Below are positions 59,706 through 64,000 of a DNA stretch of 64,000 nt, one piece after another (positions within the stretch are counted from its first letter, which is position 1; every line of letters begins with the position of its first letter). The position numbers and the translations under genes are program-made. Source of the DNA: a virus (taxonomy: Duplodnaviria; Caudoviricetes); the IMG/VR virus record IMGVR_UViG_3300029288_005750, positions 10,813 through 74,812 of that record; one strand, written 5' to 3'. Under the pieces are notes generated by a model. The model was given only the letters and a program-made list of their open reading frames with translations. It had not been told where the DNA came from and did not search any database.

Positions 59706-60467
59706 TTAATTTTCTTCTTTTTCTTTATATTTTTCATATCTGTTTACAATCTCAATCAAAAATTTATTCCTAACAATATCTTCTGAAGTAAAATTAAATG
59801 TATTTATTTCTTCTAATCCATCTACCATTTTAATAAAATCTAAAAATTTTGAATCTTTCTTTTTTATATCATATTGACTTATATCGCCCATTAAAACAGC
59901 CTTTGAATTTTTCCCAAGTCTTGTAATCCACAATACTAATTGTTTCATTGTTGCATTCTGTGCTTCATCTAATAAAATTATAGAATCATCATAAGTAACA
60001 CCTCTCATATAAGCGAGAGGCTCAACACATATTGCTCCAGAAGTTTTTAAAAATTCAGTATTCTGTTTTCCAATAATTTTTTCAAAGTTAGATATATAAC
60101 TTCTCATAAATGGGGCAGTCTTTTCCTCGATATCTCCGGGTAAAAATCCCAAGTTTTCTCCACTTTCTTGAATTGGTTTGGTTATAATAATCTTTTCAAT
60201 TTTTTTATCTGCTAATAAGCAAAGTGAAGCGTAACAAGTAGTAAAAGTTTTTGATGTACCTGCAGGACCTTGAACTGTTGTAAAAATATTATTTCTAATG
60301 GCCTTATAAAGCTCGTGTTGTTTTGGAGTTAATTCTATGCCCATTTTATCAATTTCTTCTTTTTTGAGAAGTAATTTTGATTTTGGTCTAATATTATACT
60401 CTTTAATTTCTTTTTTCAACTCATCTTTTACTTGAGTTCTACTATTTTGTTCCCGTCTTTTTGTCAT
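59706..60467 (-). CDS. phoH: PhoH-family ATPase
   Basis: GPAGTSKT Walker A; LGFLPGD; YMRG; LLDEAQN; ITRLG; GDISQ. Confidence 0.92.
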   Translation of the reverse strand: MTKRREQNSRTQVKDELKKEIKEYNIRPKSKLLLKKEEIDKMGIELTPKQHELYKAIRNNIFTTVQGPAGTSKTFTTCYASLCLLADKKIEKIIITKPIQESGENLGFLPGDIEEKTAPFMRSYISNFEKIIGKQNTEFLKTSGAICVEPLAYMRGVTYDDSIILLDEAQNATMKQLVLWITRLGKNSKAVLMGDISQYDIKKKDSKFLDFIKMVDGLEEINTFNFTSEDIVRNKFLIEIVNRYEKYKEKEEN

Positions 60468-60568
60468 TCTATTTTACATATTAGTTTATAATAAATATAT
60501 AAAGAAAAGGAATAAAAATCAAAAAAAGAAAAATTAAAATATTTATATATAAATAAATCCTGGAAAAA

Positions 60569-61651
60569 ATGATAAAACAAGATGAAATTAATGCTTTGCT
60601 TGCAAATGAAATAAGAAAATCTGGACTAAACGATGTTATTAAATTAGACATGGTAAAAGAAAAGGTTATGAAAAAAATTCAAGAAATGTCTAAAGATTTA
60701 ACCGAAATGGAAAATCCAGCAATAGCACAAGGGCCAACTATTTTCCCAAATCCTGCAGAAGATGAGGAAAAATTTAAAGTAGCTCCAGATATTAAACAAA
60801 ATAACATGGAAATTCCAAAAAATGGGATGGAGGCTGGGTCACAACCATTAGAAGTTCCAATAGAGCCGAAGTTGGCCATATCTCCAGAAACCCCAGATTT
60901 CTTAAAAAATGTAGAACCTGGAAAATTATTTGTATATGATTTTAATGAATTGAGTGTTGGAGGTGAAAATCTATCTAATAAACCATTTAAAACAATGGAC
61001 AATCCAAATATTTGTAAATCGATGCAGCAAATGTGGTCTGAAAATGGAATAACAAAAGCTGAAGTCTATCAAACAAAATTTGAAAAAATTGGGGAAATTT
61101 CTTTTGATTATAAAAGTGGGGCTTCTCAATTTATACAAAAAGGAGCAGACCCAGACTTTAACATACAACAACAATATAAAGAAAATCCATATGCAGCTGA
61201 CCCAGGAAAAGAAGTGGAAACTTATGTAAAAAATAATATTAATTTAGACCAAAAGGTAACTGATGTAATAACAGATATTGTAAAAAATTATTTTCTTACA
61301 AATTCTGAAAGAGCAGTAAATGAACCAGTAAAAGTAGGTAATGGGGACGAAACAAGAGGTTTAGGTGCTATTAAACCAAACGCAGAATATATAAACCCTA
61401 ATGACCCATTTCCAATAAGAACTGATGGCATATATAAATCTATTCAAGAAGAAAAACTTACAATTAAAGATTTAGTTGATAAATTTCAAAAAATAGAAAC
61501 TCCTCAAGATTTGAAAGAAACTTTAGAAGGAAAGAAAAAAACTGCTAAATTAGTTTATGAAGATAAAGAAATAAAAAAATTTGTTTTAAATGATAAAGAA
61601 TATTACCTACCATCAAATCCAATGTCTATAAGAATGTGTTATGTTAAATAA
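60569..61651 (+). CDS. Hypothetical protein (possible head-associated)
   Basis: 360-aa ORF; TATTTATA at 60540-60547. Confidence 0.5.
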   Translation: MIKQDEINALLANEIRKSGLNDVIKLDMVKEKVMKKIQEMSKDLTEMENPAIAQGPTIFPNPAEDEEKFKVAPDIKQNNMEIPKNGMEAGSQPLEVPIEPKLAISPETPDFLKNVEPGKLFVYDFNELSVGGENLSNKPFKTMDNPNICKSMQQMWSENGITKAEVYQTKFEKIGEISFDYKSGASQFIQKGADPDFNIQQQYKENPYAADPGKEVETYVKNNINLDQKVTDVITDIVKNYFLTNSERAVNEPVKVGNGDETRGLGAIKPNAEYINPNDPFPIRTDGIYKSIQEEKLTIKDLVDKFQKIETPQDLKETLEGKKKTAKLVYEDKEIKKFVLNDKEYYLPSNPMSIRMCYVK

Positions 61652-61708
61652 TTTTTATTTATCTATTTATTTTAACATTTTAAAATAATAAATTTAAATA
61701 AAAAAATT

Positions 61709-61984
61709 ATGGAAAAATTTTGGAAAATAAAAAATTTAACAGATACACAGGTAAAAATTACTGTTTGTGTTAAACCAAACACAGCACCAGGAATCATTTT
61801 AAAACCTAATCAATTTTGTATAGGAAAACAACAAATGACGGCTCCTTTAGATAAACAATCAAAAACAAAGAAAGTGTCTATTGAAGAATTTGATAATTCT
61901 TACTTTTTAGAATTGGGAAAAGCTTATGATGAATCCTTTTTAGATAAAGCTAAAGAAAAAACTAATAAATATGCAAAACGATAA
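61709..61984 (+). CDS. Hypothetical protein
   Basis: 91-aa ORF; TATTTATT at 61664-61671. Confidence 0.55.
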   Translation: MEKFWKIKNLTDTQVKITVCVKPNTAPGIILKPNQFCIGKQQMTAPLDKQSKTKKVSIEEFDNSYFLELGKAYDESFLDKAKEKTNKYAKR

Positions 61985-62339
61985 TGCATTAACATATTTT
62001 GATTTAGAATTTGAAATCTCTGGAGAAAAATTTGGAGATTTTGAATTAAAAGAAAATATTTTTTCAGAAATTAAACATTTTGAAATTGCTAAAACTATAC
62101 ACAAAATTATTTTTAAAAATATTTGGGAAATAGTTTCAATAAAAAAATTAGAATATCAAATTATAAAAAAATTAAATTTTATTGATTTAATAAAAGTAAA
62201 ATTAGATTTTTCAGAAAAATATAATGGCTGTTTTACAGATGAGTTATTTGGATGGATTTATTATAATGAAGATGAAAAAATAAAATCTTTCCGTTTTATA
62301 TTGGATATTTCTACAGGAGAAATAAAATATCTTAAATAA
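61971..62339 (+). CDS. Hypothetical protein
   Basis: 122-aa ORF overlapping the previous stop. Confidence 0.45.
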   Translation: MQNDNALTYFDLEFEISGEKFGDFELKENIFSEIKHFEIAKTIHKIIFKNIWEIVSIKKLEYQIIKKLNFIDLIKVKLDFSEKYNGCFTDELFGWIYYNEDEKIKSFRFILDISTGEIKYLK

Positions 62340-62366
62340 TTAAAAAACTATTTATATTATTTTTTA

Positions 62367-62404
62367 AGAATCCTATATTTAATTCATATTAAATATGGGA
62401 TTTT
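62367..62404. other. Long AT-rich hairpin in leader region
   Basis: AATCCTATATTTAAT-tcat-ATTAAATATGGGATT, following TATTTATA at 62349-62356. Confidence 0.5.
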
Positions 62405-62518
62405 TGCTGAGAGTAAATGGATATTTTGGATGTGGGGTAATGGAAACAAAGTTTAGGAAAGCGATTATAAAAAAATAAAGGAATAGAAATAAATAAAATT
62501 TTAAATATTAATTAATAT

Positions 62519-63991
62519 ATGGAAAATAAAACTCGTATCTTATTGATACCCAGCGATTTGATGGGTGTCGGACATTTTAGAAGTATCTGGCCAGCGCAAT
62601 CAATGCAAAATAATTTTGCAAATGAAATAGAAGTAGAAATAGGAATTGATATTGATATAAATAATATAGATTACTTATCCCAATTTGATATAATACATTT
62701 TCATAGACAATTTGGTGATTATGCAAAATTCCCAGAAATATCAAAAAAACTAAGAGAAAAAGGAATAATTATGATTATGGATTTGGATGATTATTGGGAA
62801 CCCCCAACTACACATCCCCTTTATGAAATTGTAAAAAAAGAAGGACTTTCAGCTAAAATATTAAATAATCTTAAACATGTTGATTGTGTTACTACAACAA
62901 CTGAAATTTTTAAAAAATATATTTTAAAATATAATCCTTATGTTCATATTATTCCGAATGCACTTGATATGAATCATAAAATGTGGAAATCAGAAGTTCA
63001 AGAAAACAAATCTGGAAAGTGTAGGATTTCATGGATAGGCGGTTCGTCTCATTTACATGACCTCTTACAATTAGAAGATTCAATGTTAAAAGTTAATCTT
63101 TCACAAGAATTAGAAAATAAGTACCAAATTGTTATGTGTGGATTTGATATAAGAGGTACTATTACAGAGTTTAGACCAGATAATTCATCAACTACTAGGC
63201 CAATTAAACCACATGAATCTATATGGAATAGATTTGAACAAATTTTTACAAGTAATTATACTTTAATTAAAAATAAAGAATATGCTGAATATCTTAAGAC
63301 CATAAAAAAAGAAGATTTTGAAGGATTTGAATTAGAAAATTATGTAAGAAGATGGACTTTGCCTTTAACTCAATATGGGAAACATTATGATTATTGTGAT
63401 GTTTGTTTAGCGCCATTAGAAGATATTGAAAGATACAAACAACTTCCTGACGGAGAAATTGTATCAATATATGACCAAAGACCAGGTACCGTTAAAACAA
63501 GACCTCATATTTTTAATGAAGTTAAATCAGAATTAAAAATTATAGAAGCTGGTATGAAAGGGAAAGTTTTAATAGCTCAAGATTTTGGAATTTATAAAAA
63601 ATTAATTAAAAATAGAGAAAATGGAATATTGATTCCTACTTTTGATAATAAAAAGGGGTGGCATAGAGCAATAAAAGAAATTATTTTAAATCCAGAACTA
63701 AGAGAAAAACTTGCAAATAATCTTCATAATTTTGTAAAAGATAAATATGAATTAAAGAATGTCACTAAAGAACGTGTTGATTTTTATAAAAAAATAATAG
63801 AAGATAAAAAAAATGGAATATTAAGTAACTTTGAAAAAGCCAGGAATATTATGAATATCCCACCAGAATCAGCTAAAAATGTTTTTAATATTCAACCTAA
63901 GATTAATCTTGCAAACTCAATTAGTCAGCCACAATCTTTAAAAGATATTTTACAAAAGACATCAAAAAAAACAATTAACCGTCCATACTAA
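62519..63991 (+). CDS. Glycosyltransferase GT4/GT-B family (phage RfaB-like)
   Basis: GVGHFRSIWP; IHFHR; MDLDDYW; WIGGSSHLHDL; LAPL...FNEVKSELKIIEAG. Confidence 0.8.
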   Translation: MENKTRILLIPSDLMGVGHFRSIWPAQSMQNNFANEIEVEIGIDIDINNIDYLSQFDIIHFHRQFGDYAKFPEISKKLREKGIIMIMDLDDYWEPPTTHPLYEIVKKEGLSAKILNNLKHVDCVTTTTEIFKKYILKYNPYVHIIPNALDMNHKMWKSEVQENKSGKCRISWIGGSSHLHDLLQLEDSMLKVNLSQELENKYQIVMCGFDIRGTITEFRPDNSSTTRPIKPHESIWNRFEQIFTSNYTLIKNKEYAEYLKTIKKEDFEGFELENYVRRWTLPLTQYGKHYDYCDVCLAPLEDIERYKQLPDGEIVSIYDQRPGTVKTRPHIFNEVKSELKIIEAGMKGKVLIAQDFGIYKKLIKNRENGILIPTFDNKKGWHRAIKEIILNPELREKLANNLHNFVKDKYELKNVTKERVDFYKKIIEDKKNGILSNFEKARNIMNIPPESAKNVFNIQPKINLANSISQPQSLKDILQKTSKKTINRPY

Positions 63992-64000
63992 AAATAAAAA

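Noticed and set aside
387-61174. Short antisense/nested ORFs in the track (e.g. 387..593, 1253..1447, 5950..6321, 12062..12361, 25895..26443, 39948..40382, 42820..43242, 58943..59416)
   Set aside because: They lie opposite well-supported genes, often with non-ATG starts and the F/L/I/S-rich composition typical of shadow ORFs in AT-rich DNA
1-64000. Alternative genetic code (TAG/TGA recoding as in Lak or crAss-like phages)
   Set aside because: Standard code gives near-complete coding density with full-length proteins; TAG (e.g. 14229, 23936, 32652, 38515, 39197) and TGA act as true stops
1-64000. CRISPR array, tRNA, rRNA, IS elements
   Set aside because: No regularly spaced repeats, cloverleafs or transposase motifs seen; intergenic gaps are mostly under 150 nt
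1-64000. Eukaryotic giant virus or bacterial chromosome origin
   Set aside because: gp25/gp6 baseplate, gp13-like neck, gp55-like sigma, PhoH, intrinsic terminators and overlapping operons indicate a tailed phage; no cellular housekeeping genes

Overview
Very AT-rich, densely coding segment of what is almost certainly a large (jumbo-type) myovirus-like tailed phage, probably infecting a Bacteroidota host. The host call rests on TTTG-N19/20-TAnnTTTG promoters, A-rich SD-less starts and an LFSC lipoprotein. 1-2 kb: replication/recombination genes (SbcD/gp47-like nuclease start, primase, RuvC-like resolvase) and an un-called small lipoprotein. 2-27.7 kb: baseplate/tail module (tail-collar-like paralogues, gpI/gp7-like wedge, gp6-like wedge, gp25, HxH spike, DNRLRE-like protein), including two genes sharing a duplicated ~420-aa C-terminal module. 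27.7-36.4 kb: gp55-like sigma factor, two glycosyltransferases, degenerate HAD, mini neck protein, T5-A1-like metallophosphoesterase and a KamA radical-SAM aminomutase. 36.4-58.1 kb: a ~22-kb single-strand glycan-biosynthesis island with GT2/GT7/GT10/GT11/GT17-like transferases, FkbM methyltransferases, RmlD, RfbH, split transketolase, GmhA, a nucleotidyltransferase-kinase fusion, HAD phosphatase, SdhL-like dehydrogenase, cupin and two B12 radical-SAM enzymes. The island contains a GIY-YIG endonuclease that appears to have swapped in a replacement copy of a glycosyltransferase, leaving both ends of the old gene behind. 58-64 kb: acidic putative head proteins, PhoH, GT4. A TATTTAT(A/T) motif (reverse complement of the T4 late promoter) sits just upstream of about 15 late/structural genes. 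No tRNA, rRNA, CRISPR array or stop-codon recoding was seen. All product calls come from motif recognition by eye, not database searches.
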